64,000 bases of DNA from Psammoneis japonica (lineage: Eukaryota). The DNA is taken from positions 186,001 to 250,000 of the forward strand of contig QPGO01000086.1 in the NCBI GenBank assembly GCA_008632985.1, given 5' to 3'. Each line of letters opens with the position of its first letter. Position 1 is the stretch's first letter. The notes below the pieces were generated by a model that worked only from the letters and a program-made list of their open reading frames with translations, was not told the origin of the DNA and did no database searches. The translations under genes were made by a program, and so were the position numbers. Positions 34,206 through 47,451 of this stretch are shown one piece after another.

Positions 34206-35685
34206 ATGACAACCACGACGACTGTCGATGATGCCGCTAAGGACAACGACGACGAGCCATCACTACTTGTTGCTGCTCCAGAACCTGCTGTAGACGAAAC
34301 GACCAAGACCACCGTCACGGAAAACAACGACAACAACAACAACACGGCAGAAGAGCAGCTAAGTAAGCAGCAGCAGCAGCAACAACAACAACAGCATGTA
34401 CAAGTTCATCCGCAGTACAATATCGCTCCTCCCGCCACTCCAGGCAAGCAACAAGACGTAGCAACTGCAGTTCCACCTACTACTGCTACTGCTACAGCTG
34501 CTCCACCGGTCGTTCCGATTCAACCGTATTATCCACCCTATCCCTTTTATCACTTCCCCCATCCGCCCTACGGTACTGCTGCTGCTGCGCCTACTACTAC
34601 GACGACTCCGTTGGAATATACCGATGCGAGCAATCTGGCGGACCCCCCTCCCGATACCCGACGCAACCGAGGAGGCGTGACGGAGCCCTTTCCGGAAAAG
34701 CTTCATCGCATGTTGGAGTTTGCCGAACAACAGGGAAAGGCCGACGTGATTTCCTTCTTTCCGCATGGACGGGCCTTTGCCATTCACAAACCACGGCGGT
34801 TTGTGGCGGAGATTATGCCACGGTTTTTTCGACAAACGAGACTCACGTCCTTTCAGAGACAATTGAATTTATATGGTGTGTGTGTGTTTTGATTGTTGTT
34901 TGTTGTCAGTTTTTATTATGGTTGCTAGTTTTTCTTTTGTACTGACGCTATTCACATTCTGTTCTTTTTTTCTTTTCAGAATTCCGTCGCATCAGTCAAG
35001 GCCCAGACAATGGTGGCTATTACCACGAATTATTCTTGAAGGGACGTCCGGGATTGTGCGTCAATATGAAGCGCACCAAGGTCAAGGGACTTGCCAACAA
35101 GGCCAAGCGTGATCCCGACACGGAGCCCTACTTTTATGCCATGCGGCCCATTGGATCGTCTGCGGCAGCCACGGGACCACCGCCACCCCCGGGACAAGTA
35201 GGGGTTCCACCGCAAGGACCGCCGGCATATTATCCAGCACAGCCTTATCCGTACATGGCACCGCCGCCGCCACCCCAACAGTATGCTCCGCCGACTGTAG
35301 CTGCTGCTGCTCCTGGTGCAACTCCTACTACTGCTGCTGCTGGTCCTTATACCGCAGCGCAACAACCAAACGCACCTAGCCTACAGTTACTTCACCGGGT
35401 GCGGGCGGAGCACCTACTCTTCTTGCAGCAGCCGCCACCACTCCCCCACAGCAACAGCAGCCTCCTGGAGCTGCTGTTGCTCCACCACCACAACACTTGT
35501 ATCCGCCTCCACCACCCCACTATGCGGCCTATTATGGGTATTGGGGTGCATCTCCACCGGGATATCCGCCAGCACCCACGCAGCAACAACAACAACAACC
35601 TGCTGCTACGACTGCTGCTGCTGCCGAGCAGCAACCACAACCAGTCTTGCCGGCGGCACCACAAGAACAAACATCGGCGGTCTAA
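34206..35685 (+). CDS. Second HSF family transcription factor, intron 34876-34979, Pro/Gln/Ala-rich tails, probable frameshift near 35370
   Basis: FPEKLHRML...PHGRAF...LTSFQRQLNLY|FRRISQGPDNGGYYHELFLKG; same intron position as the neighbouring HSF. Confidence 0.9.
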
Positions 35686-36239
35686 GATGTTATGTTGGGA
35701 AACGCATATTATATATGTCATTATTATAATAAGGGAAAGGGTAATAATTTAGGTTTTGTTGAAAATAGCGCTGTCGCTTCCAAGTACATGATGTGTGCAT
35801 GCGAATGAATTTTCGAACGGTCGCGGTCCCTATTTACAACGCACTGTCGCTCACCATCACACCTCTACCTCTGTACTTTATGCGGCAAGTTCTAACTCAA
35901 GCCAAATGTTGGTACAGTAGTGTTTATTCGAGATGAGACTCTATTGCAACACCCTGTATCACGCGGCCCTCCACAACATACCTCCAATTGCGTGCATGCA
36001 TTTGGCGCCAGAAGTCCTTCAAATTTCCCGCGATCGACCAAATCACATCGCATGCGCGCGCAAATCCCAAGAGTCCATAACTGGCTGTCGCACTGATGAT
36101 CAGGTTCAGATTACCGGTATTATTTGCAAGCACATGATCTGCAGTGATAGTCTCTATGGTGTAGAGATCAATTCACTGGTGCGTCGAGATTGTTTTCTTT
36201 CTCTCACGCTCAGATGCCTCGTTTTCAATGTTGTCGACA

Positions 36240-37300
36240 ATGGCGCTGCATGACCATAGAAACGCCTCCGAAGACTCGTCCGAAGAAGACAGCAGAAGTC
36301 ACGAGGAAGATGAAAACATTCACATTGGAGGGTTTGAAGACACCGACGAGGCTCCTTCAATGTTTTGTATTCGATTGTTTCTTGTCGTCTTGGTAGCCTC
36401 GGGTATTTTGATGCTGACGGCGACTCATGAAGAAATCTTCAACGCAACGACACCGAATGTTGGTGCGCAGATCTGTACAGAAAACGTTTGGGGAGCTTCT
36501 ACAACGGAGCCTCCCCGACCGAGACATCCAAATATCTTCTTGGTTACACCTCAGGAAAGACTGATTATATCGTACAAGTTACAGGCAATCTGTGGCCTAT
36601 TGATCATCACGCTGATGTACTACCGGATACTGTTCCCCAACAGTTGTCGCACCTTGACAAGGATCCAGTCATGCAAGCAGCTCACTGGACTGTGTACAAA
36701 AATTACGTTTCAGAAAAGGATCGAATCATGGAGAGATATGCGCTAGCAAACATTTATTTTCATTATCATGGATCGAGATGGCGCACTTCGACGAATTGGT
36801 TGTCGCCCTCGGTTCATGAATGCGAGTGGTATGGCGTCACCTGTGCATGTGTCGAACTACCACCGCTGACTCAGTCACACCGGTCTCGAGACAACTTACC
36901 TCTTTCAGACAAGGGCAAATCGAATGAAGTTTGCAATGTCATTACGGCCATTGATCTATCCAACAATGGTTTGCATGACGGATCTTACTTTGCTCAAGAG
37001 TGGTGTCTACTCTCGTATTTGCAGGAATTGAATTTGCGAGGCAATGGCATTGGTCTAGATTATTGGTTTATGGGCTTGTCGACTCTACCCTTTTTACAAA
37101 AGGTTTCATTGAGTGGAAACCTTGAGGAGGGCAAGGATAGCCGCAGGGACAACCAGCGCTTTCGAGGTAAACAGCGCTACACATCGTCTGTTTCCCTTTG
37201 TATAATCCGACCAGTCATTTCTCACATCATCTCTCACTGTTTATTATTATAGAGAGGATTGAGTTGGATCTATGATTGCACAGAAAATGCTTTGTATCAT
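36240..37300 (+). CDS. Membrane-anchored diatom-type LRR protein, short or truncated, frameshift near 36490
   Basis: N-terminal TM; ERYALANIYF...W..NWLS..HECEWYGVTC cap; IDLSNNGL, LQELNLRGNGI. Confidence 0.7.
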
Positions 37301-37628
37301 TGAATAAGTCAAACCTCCCTCAAAGTTCGCTCAAAATTCTTACGGTATGTTGCAGCTCAACGCCATATTGCTGTCAGTAATACTGGCTTCGCTACATCGC
37401 TGTGACCAAGACAACTTCCAATAGACTGAGAGAGTCTTGCGACAGCCATTTTAGTCCCCACTCGTAGAGCAGATCAGATCAGGGAGACCGCCTCTGCTGA
37501 AGAATCGATGAGTTCGAATTGAGCTCGAGTCACGACCATCCAAGTCACGAGCTGAAAATCGCGCACAATTGCGCGCATCCCTATCGAATCTCCATCGCGT
37601 CGCACTTTCGCGTCGCGGCGATCGAACA

Positions 37629-39658
37629 ATGACACCATCAAACATCATCATGACCACGCCTCCCGACGCCTCGACGCAGTTGATCCAGTCTACGGTTGAG
37701 GAGCTCCGTAGTCCCTCGAGTGTCGAGGAGGCACAAAAAGCGGCGATTAGGATTCACAAAGCGATTCGCGGGGAGAACGGCAAAGCCGCGATGGAGTTGT
37801 ATGTCGACTCCGGGTTACTCGAAGCAATTGTCATTGCCTTGAAACACGACGATCAAACCTCTCTTTTTTACCTCGCTCTACTCATGACGATGAGGCAATG
37901 CCTACTTTTACACAAGAGCTACACCGAAGCAATCCTCACAATGGGCGGCCACGAATGTGTTGTTGGTATCATGGATTCGCGCGCCGCCGACGAGGATATT
38001 TGTACACTTGGAGTGGACGTTCTTCGTGTATTCATGAGTGATTCCCCTCAAGATACTTCAAAAGAAATTTGCCGTAGCGTCGTTCAAAGCATAGTCAAGG
38101 CGATGGAAACGCACAAAGAGTCCGTCCTAGTCTTTTCCTTGGGCTGCCGAGGTCTAATCATGGCTGCGGTTCTTCTGGAAAGGAGACTTGGTGATGAGCA
38201 TTTCATCCAAAGATGCGAGAATTGTATCACCTACGGTAATTCAAGACACGTTTTGGAAGAAAATGCTCAAGAAGCAGTTTCGATGTTGCTTGTGTTGTTC
38301 GCCGCACTGTCAGACATACGTTCCACAACGGAATTGCTCCGTAGTCCGTCTTGCAGCGCCGAAGAGGCGGACAAAGCTCTCAATGTATTGATCAGGTTAC
38401 TTGATGCGGGCTGGTGTACTTCTCGTATCGATGCAGGCGTGTTTGACACCGCCATAACTGTCTTGAAAGCGAACGGACAACCTTCGGAGGTCTACCATCG
38501 AGTCTGCCAGATGCTCTCGACCTTCATGATGGATGATGAAAGAGGTCGAGATAATACTGAAGCAATACTTGATGCTGAGGGACTTGCTGGCGTAACTTGT
38601 TTCATGAATCGATATCCTTCTGACGAGGTTGTACAATTAGCTGGCATGGCATTATTGGGCGTTTTCTACCTAAGAAGGAGGGCAGCATTCACAGGCATCA
38701 TTGTTGAAAGTTCGCTCAAGACAATGGAGAGCCATCAAGACTCAGAACTCCTGTTTTTGCAAGGTACAGTTTTACTTCATGATGCGCTTTGCTTGCAGGG
38801 GTTTTCCCATGCTGTTGATAAAAATACCAGTGCCCGGTGCATCGATTGCATTTCCTACGGACTCACAAATCTTTGGAATATCAACGAGATCGCGATCGAG
38901 AGCAGTCGATTGGTACTGGATGGATTGTTGGGTGTTGAAGCAGCCACGGAAATGACTGCAGACCTTTCGCTGTCACGTCAAGTCTCCCAACTGGAGGAAG
39001 TGCGAAACCCGTCTCGCAATCCGGCGAAGGCGCGAATAGCAGCCAAGGCTCTTCTTCCTGCCATTCGTGACGACGTTTCAAAAACCCTTGTTGATGCTGG
39101 TTTGTTTGAAAGTATCATCAACGCTATGAAAGAAACTGGTCAGCCTCCCGCTTTCTACGGCGACCTCTGCGGGATTCTCTTAGCTTGTATGAGTCCGGAA
39201 CGAGATTACACGGAGCAGATTCTTGATCTCGGCGGACTTGAAAGCCTTCTTGACTTGATGCATTCATTTGCAGACGACACGGACATTCAAGAGTCAGCTC
39301 TAAGCTTGCTTCACGTTTTGCCAGCGCAAAGCACAAAGAGATTTCAACATCTATTATCGAGAGCACGGTGACGTCAATGGACACCCACAAAGACTCGGCG
39401 GAGCTCTACTTGAAGGGCTGCGTGACACTCGAATCCGCTTTGGAAGCGGTTGAATGGAATGTTGAAGACAGGGAACTCTTCCAGCGAGCTATTGATTGCG
39501 TTTGGGGTGGAGTAACAAAGCACCCATACGATGAGGAAGCGCAATTGTTTGGTCGTAGGCTTCTACATTCATTGGCCGGCAAAGAGGCTGCCAGTGAAAT
39601 GATCGCGTATTCTGAATATCGTCACTGCGCTGATGCCGAATGCAGCGGTGCCGCTTGA
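37629..39658 (+). CDS. ARM/helical-repeat protein with three repeats; a single T missing near 39318 shifts the frame
   Basis: Restoring one T gives HVFASAKHKEISTSIIESTVTSMDTHK, colinear with the paralog; ends SEYRHCADAECSGAA. Confidence 0.8.
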
Positions 39659-39729
39659 GCCCGAGGTCTTTTCAGTTTGGCTATTCTCTGCTGTGCAGGA
39701 AGTAGTAGAAGCATATACCTATATGGTAC

Positions 39730-40890
39730 TTAGTAAGATCGAAATATGTACTGTACCACATTATTCGAAATTCTCCTTGTTCTGCGCCCCGTAAGACGCG
39801 AAACCAACATGTCGCGCGTTCCGTCCACCTCCAGCCTTAGTTTCTCGAGTTCGCGACGGAGGTTCGCAACGCATACACTGCCATCTACACCAAACTGCAT
39901 GGCGTGAAAAAGCTCTGACGTGACCGTGTTGGATTCAAGCAGGTTGATGTATCCTTCAGTTTCGACAACGCGGTGCCGGAAAGAAATATAAAAGCGGATG
40001 GCTGCCTCTTTGAGCAAAGCACAGCTCAAAGCATCTGCCAAAAGAAGCAATTCACACACGTTGTCAACGGTGATGCCAGATGCGACAAGTTTCGATTCTT
40101 CCAGAAGCTTGAGAATTGTGCAGCCAAACTTGTCGGCAACTATCAACATGGCAGTAGGATTCTCTTGAGTGTCGAGAGTCGCGGGGAGAGACCCCGTGTA
40201 CACAAAGTGCAACAATGCTTCGAAATGACAGGCGTCCACTCCGTCAATGGGAATTGCTTCGCCGCCGGTCGCGTTTTTCGAAAGCTCGACAAGGAGGGGA
40301 GCACGTTTGGCGATGATAGTGCGATGAGCTGGGAACTTCCGTTCACCGACTGCAAAAGTGACGTCTGAGAACTCTCCCGAACGCAACATCTCCAACATGT
40401 CATGCTCGGGGATAATTGATGGTTTCCAAACTCCTAACGGGTATACCTTAGAGGAAACCTGAAGATCAACATCAATTGTGAAAGTTCCATCGTCGTCAAG
40501 GTCACGACGCCTCCATGGTATACAGAAATTGGGATTTTCTCGGTTGAAGACAACAGAGCAAGCAGGAAGACCAGGAAATCCGGGAGAACGAAACTGGCAT
40601 TCGACTGTAATGGGATTCTTTCGGATTTCCTCCGAGTCGCAACAGCTGAGGCAAAGACTCAGACCAATGAAACGGTTATTATCTTCGCCATAACTTGGAA
40701 GGAATGACAGACACCACATATGTCCGAGGCATGGCAAGGGTGGAGAGGTCAGGCCCGCACGCGCCCTGTTGCCGGCCAGCACCACAAGTTTTGTGTACCC
40801 ATGGAAATGAAAACGCATGGTGCGCTTTTCAGACAGCACCTCTGTATGGCCAAAATGCACTTCATTGACGTGTTCGTGAGCAGTCGCCAT
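39730..40890 (-). CDS. MATH-like + BTB/POZ protein (SPOP-like) with C-terminal SAP-like motif
   Basis: GHMWCL; FSDVTFAVGERKFPAHRTII; FEALLHFVYTG; ADKFGC; VANLRRELEKLRLEVDGTRDMLVSRL. Confidence 0.9.
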   Translation of the reverse strand: MATAHEHVNEVHFGHTEVLSEKRTMRFHFHGYTKLVVLAGNRARAGLTSPPLPCLGHMWCLSFLPSYGEDNNRFIGLSLCLSCCDSEEIRKNPITVECQFRSPGFPGLPACSVVFNRENPNFCIPWRRRDLDDDGTFTIDVDLQVSSKVYPLGVWKPSIIPEHDMLEMLRSGEFSDVTFAVGERKFPAHRTIIAKRAPLLVELSKNATGGEAIPIDGVDACHFEALLHFVYTGSLPATLDTQENPTAMLIVADKFGCTILKLLEESKLVASGITVDNVCELLLLADALSCALLKEAAIRFYISFRHRVVETEGYINLLESNTVTSELFHAMQFGVDGSVCVANLRRELEKLRLEVDGTRDMLVSRLTGRRTRRISNNVVQYIFRSY

Positions 40891-41512
40891 GGTAAGTTCG
40901 CCGTTGCTATGTGGAGCGTCGTTCCAAAAGAGTTTACCGCCGTGTCGCTAATAAAAGTGCCACGAAAGTCGATTTTGTTGTGTAGTCTTTAGCGAGAGAG
41001 TCGGTCGTGGATGCGCAAGGGTTTTACACATACGTTATTCGGAAATTTCCAAATTGGATTCTTCGTCGTGGGAACCCTCCGTCTTCATTAAAAAAAAAAC
41101 GTAAGCCGCTGCATGCCAAGGTCTCGAAGAGCTTGTCTCCGACCATTTGCCTTACTTTGTACGCATCAAATGGACCACGTGCTTTCCCATGGAATTTTTC
41201 ATAGCTGCTTTCGACAAGGAACATGGAAGGCCAGTGCGGCGCATCTATCGTTCTCTTGCAGAGAGCTAAGAGAATATCCTTAACGGCACTCACGTTCAAG
41301 TGAAAAAATTCCTTCCAGACACAAGGCATTGACTGCGCTTTGGTCGACCATGCGGCACAGTGTACAGTGCGACCTCAAAAAATAATTCATCCACTGCAAA
41401 ACATGCTGATGAATTAGGACATAGTATGTTTTGTCGTGTCATTCTAATTTTTCAAAGGAGGAACTCGATATTCTTTCGCCGATCAACTGATGATAGCATG
41501 GCACGGACATCC

Positions 41513-44500
41513 TCATGTGGAGAGGGCTGCCGGCGCTCCGTGCGATTTCCTTGTTCGGCTCCGTTTCTTACTCTGAACCACGTCCGAAACCTGCATTCCA
41601 TGGTCTCGAAGAACGTCTCTCAACGCGTCGCACGCATCAAAAATATCAGACCGTTCTCCTCCGCCATCAAGTGCCGCCAAAATTTTCCTGTGAAAATCCA
41701 ACGCAGCAGTTTGCAAAGGACAAGTAGAACATCGATTGATCTCTTTCAGAAGTCTAGAGAGAGCTTCTTTCAGCTGGGCTCTGTTTTTTGTTTCTGATCC
41801 CTTCTTTGAGAGAGCATACTGTCTTGCAGCCAATCGGCAATTGAGGGCTTCTTGCTGAAGGGCTGGGTTCTCGGGATAACTCGGAGATGTTGCTTGCCGT
41901 TTTCCCTCGCGTTTCAGCGCGGCTCGTTCCGCCAGTATGTTGCGAGCTTCTTCCTCGTCTCCCATTTCTTTTGCACACTTGCGTAGCCAAGTAAAATTTG
42001 TCAAACGGGCTTGAAACAGGCGATCTCGATGGCTAGAAGTCTCCGAGAGTTGGTCTAATATTCCTTTTTCTGATTGAAGCATTTCACGTGCTTTTGAAAC
42101 TCGTTTCTGGGCAAACGCAACACAGGCCAGCTCATGCAACACGGTTGACACCTCTAAATGATTACCTTGAGCGTATGCGTATACATGGCGTCTTGCACGG
42201 AGGCACTCTGAGAAATGATGCCAGGCATCCTCGAACTGTTCTCGCTGACAGGCCATCGCACCTTGCTGGAATCTAACCGCGGCGACGTTAATGTGCATGG
42301 TACTTTCGCCGTAGAGTTCGAAATATAATTCAAGGGCCATGTCTAAGCAACTCTGTGCTCTATCGAAATCGCCTCGTCGCAATGCAACTCTTGCGAGCTG
42401 TCGAAGAGTTGCGGCACGCTGTCCAATTTGCATGTTAAGGCCAAGGGCTTCCTTCAGCAGTGCTTCGGCACGGTCAAGGGACGGCGGTTTTAGTGCAACC
42501 TGTACTGCGGCTAGCTGATGCAAGGTAGAAGCACAATGTGCCTCGATACCAGGGATTGGTGATTCCACCTCAAGGCGACGACGCAGGTCTAATGCCTGTT
42601 GCAAAAAGGTTGCCGCAGTGTCTAGACAATGCTTCTTGACTTCCAGGACACCGAGTTCGTGGAGCGTCGCAGCCACTTCATGGAGCAAATGCTTGTCTTT
42701 ACTCGCAAGCTTGTTGCGAAGAGCAAGCGCCCGGGCAAGGCTCTCTTCTGAATATTGAAACCTACCCTCGTATCGAAAGACTCGACCAAGCTCGTGAAGA
42801 GCAGCTGCGCGAGCCTTTAAATGAATCGAATCTGTCCTACTTATGCCGTCAAGCACTCGTAACGACTGCTCAAAAGAGCGCTGTGCCTCTTCGAAACGAT
42901 TTAAGGCCATAGCGGAGAAAACACCAGCTTCACGCGAAAGAATCGCCGCCTCGATGCTGCAAAGGTTCTGCTCTTCTACGTGCTTTACAACAGCCTTCAC
43001 ATGCTCCAACACAGGTATACTCTCTTCCCATGTGTCAACATTTTCCGCCTTAAATGTCCAAACCTGTTGTACGGCATGGGTGCATATCTCAAGATTTCGT
43101 TTACTCTCGTCCTTGTCCTGTGACAATCGAAGTGCCTGCGCCAAAAGACGATGCATTGTTCCGCTTCCCTCCTTCACTGCAACCAATGAGAAGGATTTTA
43201 ATAGATTCCAAGTTAGGTCTGTCTGTTCAAACACATCGGCCGAAAAGCTTATGTTTCTTATGATTCCTGCGGACGTGTCAGGTCCATCGCCTTTGACAGA
43301 ACCAACCTTTTGGCTAGAATGAATCAAAAGAGTCGCAACTGTAGGTATAGATATGATTCCTACCGTGTACAGAGCGATTTGGCGACGATTCTTCATGCTC
43401 CGTTGAAAGAAATTTACTCCCATCACCGCTGAACAAAGTCCAACACACACGACAAAATAAGTGAGACGCGAATTTGCAAGGAGGGTGTCCTTTCTGCGGC
43501 CAGTCTCTTCCAAATTGCTGTCGAAGGAGACATACGCATTCTTAGAGGCAAGCAGAGATCGCAAGAGCTTCTTGGTGATTTGGTCTGGTCCAAGCCAACC
43601 AAATAATCGAAGTGCTTCCCATGCAACAGGATTTTCCGTCTTAATTGCCTCGAGACTTAGTGATAAACTACTCGAAACCGCTTCGTGTCCCAAATGATCT
43701 CCCGTAGAAGTCTCGGATTTGACATAGCGATCAAGATACTCGGCGGCATCCACATCACATCGTCGCATGTACGCTGCAGCCATACCGAGTGCCAGTGGCA
43801 AATGCCCGAGATGCTCCGACAGCTCATTTGCAGCTTGCACGTGCGCATTGCTGCTTATGTTCTGTTGCCCGGCGGCTCGAACCAGCAATTCGACCGACTC
43901 TGAAGGATCGAAGCACTCCAGAATCATTGTATTTTCCCCATAGTCAAAAACATTGTCAGTATTTACGAGTCTTGTTGTCACCAATACATGCCCAGTACCA
44001 CCGTTTGGAACAAACTTCTGTAATAGAGAAGGATCTTCAAGGTTGTCAAAAACAAGCAGCCACGGCACTTTGCTTCGAAACAAGCGAGCCTTCACTCCAG
44101 CCACTACCTCGTCTGTATCCTTGTCTTGAACATCTACACCAGTAGTGTCTGCCATGAGCTGTCTATACTCCGCTGCAATACTTTCTGCTGAAGGTGCACG
44201 AAGCCAAATCACAAGACCGTAATACAAAGGAAAGTATCTGTAGCAGTATTCAATACATAGCTGCGTCTTTCCAACTCCCGCCATTCCAGCTACCTCCAAC
44301 TTTGCCACTCCACTAAGAAGTGATTGCTCTGTCCTTTGTGATGTCAGCCTGGCATGAATTTGTCCGATTTCAGTATCGCGGCCGGTGAATACACGGTTGC
44401 GCCGTGGAATAGACCACGCGCCTCTCATCATCTTTATCAAAAAGGCAGATGCGAACTTCTTCAGGATGCCGTCGATCCGCATAATGAGTAGAAGGGTTTG

Positions 44501-45232
44501 CACTAAGAATTCGATCAATTGTATTGTATTCCTTTCGAAAGAGCCACGGCCGCCTAGAAGATGGCGTATCATTTAGAAAGTACGCACTCCACTCGCTCGT
44601 TGTCGCTACAAATTCCATTGCCATATCCTCTCCTCCCCATTCCAAGCATCCCTGCATGACTGTATCCACATATGACTGCAATATGGGATGATCCTCATTA
44701 GCATACGCGCAATAGGCTGGCTGTGGAATATAAACCCATATTCTGTCATGCCGTTGAACTCTACATGGGTCATTCAAGAATGATCATGCACCTCAATGCA
44801 ATCAATTGGAATCTCCACACGATCGTAGCCCACCTCCCTTCGATCGAAACCCGTCAACATTTCGGGCGAAATTTGAAAGATAACGCCATTAATATCCGCG
44901 GCAGATTCGGGATCTTTCGAGATACCGAGTGCTGTAAATCCAGTGTTGCTTCGGAAAGCTCCACCCTCGCCTGTATCCAAACTTCTTCAATATCTTTGCC
45001 CTTAGGCCGGGTAGCGATGCTGTAGCTTTGGTATCTGAGTCGGAGGAAAGCCATGGGGCGTGAGTTTCGGTATTTATGATGGACCCGAACCTATCAGAGT
45101 CGACAGAAACGAAAAAATGGTTGGAGGGCATCGAATGGTCGCATGTTCCGCATTTTGAGCACAAAACACCTACCCAAAGATAAAATCTTTCGGCTCTTCT
45201 TGCGAGCTTTCTTTACTGCTATTCATACTCAT
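41513..45232 (-). CDS. NLR-like STAND protein: GGCT-like N-terminus + NB-ARC + TPR repeats; intron 45091-45173; several 1-bp frameshifts between about 44455 and 45000
   Basis: Spliced FIFGFGSIIN, NGVIF, FDRREVGYDR, PILQSYVD; then PRRNRVFTGR, Walker A GMAGVGKT, Walker B WLLVFDN, VLVTTR, GHLPLAL, MHRL, and TPRs (ATLHELG). Confidence 0.8.
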
Positions 45233-45614
45233 CTCGGGATGATACCTGATGGGTTATTCCTACTGCGAGTAAATGCCAGAATGTGAAATGGTTCCTCTTC
45301 CTGAATAGCGGTATCGCCCATGGTTGTGCGTCGGGCAGACGCACTGTTGAAATTTTAGTCGTGGTAAATGAAATTTCTGTAGGATTTGTACGGATTGAGT
45401 GGCGATTTCAATCGTGTGCTCTTCCCTGAGGACCAAGTTCAAAGTGCCAACAATGCAGGAGGGCCTACTACTACTGTACTCTATCTACTAGAGCTATCTC
45501 TCTCGCTCTAGCTACTCTCTACTAGAAAAGAGTAGAGAGTAGCTAGAACTGCGATGTTTACCAGGAACACATTCCTATATTCTAATAATGACATTCCTAT
45601 ATTCTAATAATGAA

Positions 45615-47451
45615 TTATCTCTTACTAACGAGCCCATTGTGATATCTTACACTCAAGGATCGTCCAAAGAATGGAAGGCCATCGTCTCGCGTAACATCAA
45701 AACACTTGCCAGAGTTTTGCAGGCAAAAATACATGTGCTCCCCGTTGGGGCTGAAGGTTAGCCCCGTCGTTTCATCCTGCCACCCTCCAAATGGTAAAGA
45801 ACCGTCCCAGATGGTCCCGACCGTGGATCCCTGTTTTCGAGCCTGATTCCTCGGTGAAGTATAAAATGTCGCTATTTGTCCCATTTCCCAGTATGCGCTC
45901 AATTTGATCTGGCTCTCCATCGAATACACCATGTGTCGTCGAGTGCCGCAAATAAGTGAACTTGTCCAAGTTCAGAATGTTCATTATCTTTATCTCCTTG
46001 CAGACGAAATAAAGCATTCCATTAGACACGTCAATGCCTTCCGAATTTGGGTAGTTCAGTGCAGCATTGACTTTGGCAGTCTCCCAATCGGAAACCCACT
46101 GGAACGTTTTGTTCTCGGGATGCAATACCAGATACTCAATGGTGCCTGCACCGTGAAGCATTTGCCACGGGTCTCGCCAGTTTGGCGTCGTGGGTGTAAA
46201 TCGTCGAAGAGCCCCACGTTTGCGATCTTCTGTCGCAAAGAACCGAGGCAACGCCTTGTCTCGAACATCGTAGGCAAACGATTCAAAGACGCCGACGCCA
46301 AAGGAAGTCACTTGAGCGGCTCGCCTTCCAAACGGATCCACCTGATAAATGACACCGTCCCCATACTCTTCACACGAGACCCAAGAACTCCAAGGCGTTG
46401 GTCCACCGCCTATTTGAAACAAACGTACGGAGAAAAGGGGTTGAGTAAGATGACATTGGCAAACAAGCGTCGCGTAGCTGAAAAACAAACGTACCGCAAT
46501 TCATGGTGGAATTCTTGAGCACCATTTTGTAGTCAAGGACATTGCCAGCCTTGTCGAACGTGATTGCTCCAACGCCCCCTTTGCTGTTTTCTTTCATTTC
46601 AGAATTGATAGCGTACACCCATCCACCGGGATTGTACACCTTTGACGTAACTTCAAAAGTCGCTCCAAAGTCGGGACGGCCATGAAATGGAATGGTGGAT
46701 TGACCACCGTTTGCATACGTGACATTTTCACCGGTCCGTGCAATCATCTTGGCAGATAGTCCTTGTGACAGTAACAATCCATTTTGCTCGACTGTTAGTT
46801 CCCCAGGTCGATACGTCACCCCTTCATAATACTCGGGTGAATACGTTGGCTCCTCCAGAGTTATGACTGGACGGCCCATTGATGGTTGCGAGGGCGATGG
46901 TGCTGTTGGTCGCGAGGGCGACGGCGCTATTGGACTCCATGTTAGCTCCTGAACCAACGAGGGTGCCTGAGTAGGGTTTGGACGTTGTTCCATAATATTG
47001 TGGGGCTGTTGTGGCGCAAGGGAAGGAGTGGGCGATGTAGGAGAGTGTGTGCTTGTTTCGCCGGGTGCGTCTGTTTTTACTCCTTCCTCAACTGTAGGCT
47101 GCAAGGATCAAACGAAACATATAAGATGACAAGGATAAAAAAACAGGCGGTATGTAATAAAAGGAGAACCTATCAACGTACCTCTTCCTGAGAGGAACTC
47201 CCATTTTTGCCTCGCTGTACTCCAGTCGCGATCAAGATTATACCCATAATAACCACAGCGACACTCAACAGCAAAATAAGTTTTGTTCTTCTACTCTTGC
47301 GGGCCTTTGTTGGCTGGTCATCATTGTCGTGCCGCCGCGGACACATCATCATTCCCATGGTAGCTGCGCGTTTCCCTTCTCCGTCATTGTCAAATGCTAT
47401 TATCTCAATGTTAGAAGCGTCGTCGACAACACACAAACCCTCCGTCGGCAT
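45615..47451 (-). CDS. phoX: PhoX-type (DUF839) alkaline phosphatase with N-terminal TM anchor; introns 47099-47181 and 46410-46494; frameshift near 45790
   Basis: FHGRPDFGA, NSE, MNCG|GGPTPWSSWVSCEE, FESFAYD, EGID, PDQ, ETTGLTFSPNG. Confidence 0.85.

Noticed and set aside
45569..45612. 22-bp exact tandem duplication ACATTCCTATATTCTAATAATG
   Set aside because: Simple slippage duplication in a 3' region with no evident function
6825..46000. Frequent frameshifts in host genes as programmed frameshifting or mass pseudogenisation
   Set aside because: They appear to be scattered 1-bp indels (at least one in a homopolymer, near 39318) in otherwise intact genes; assembly error is simpler, and read polishing is needed to decide
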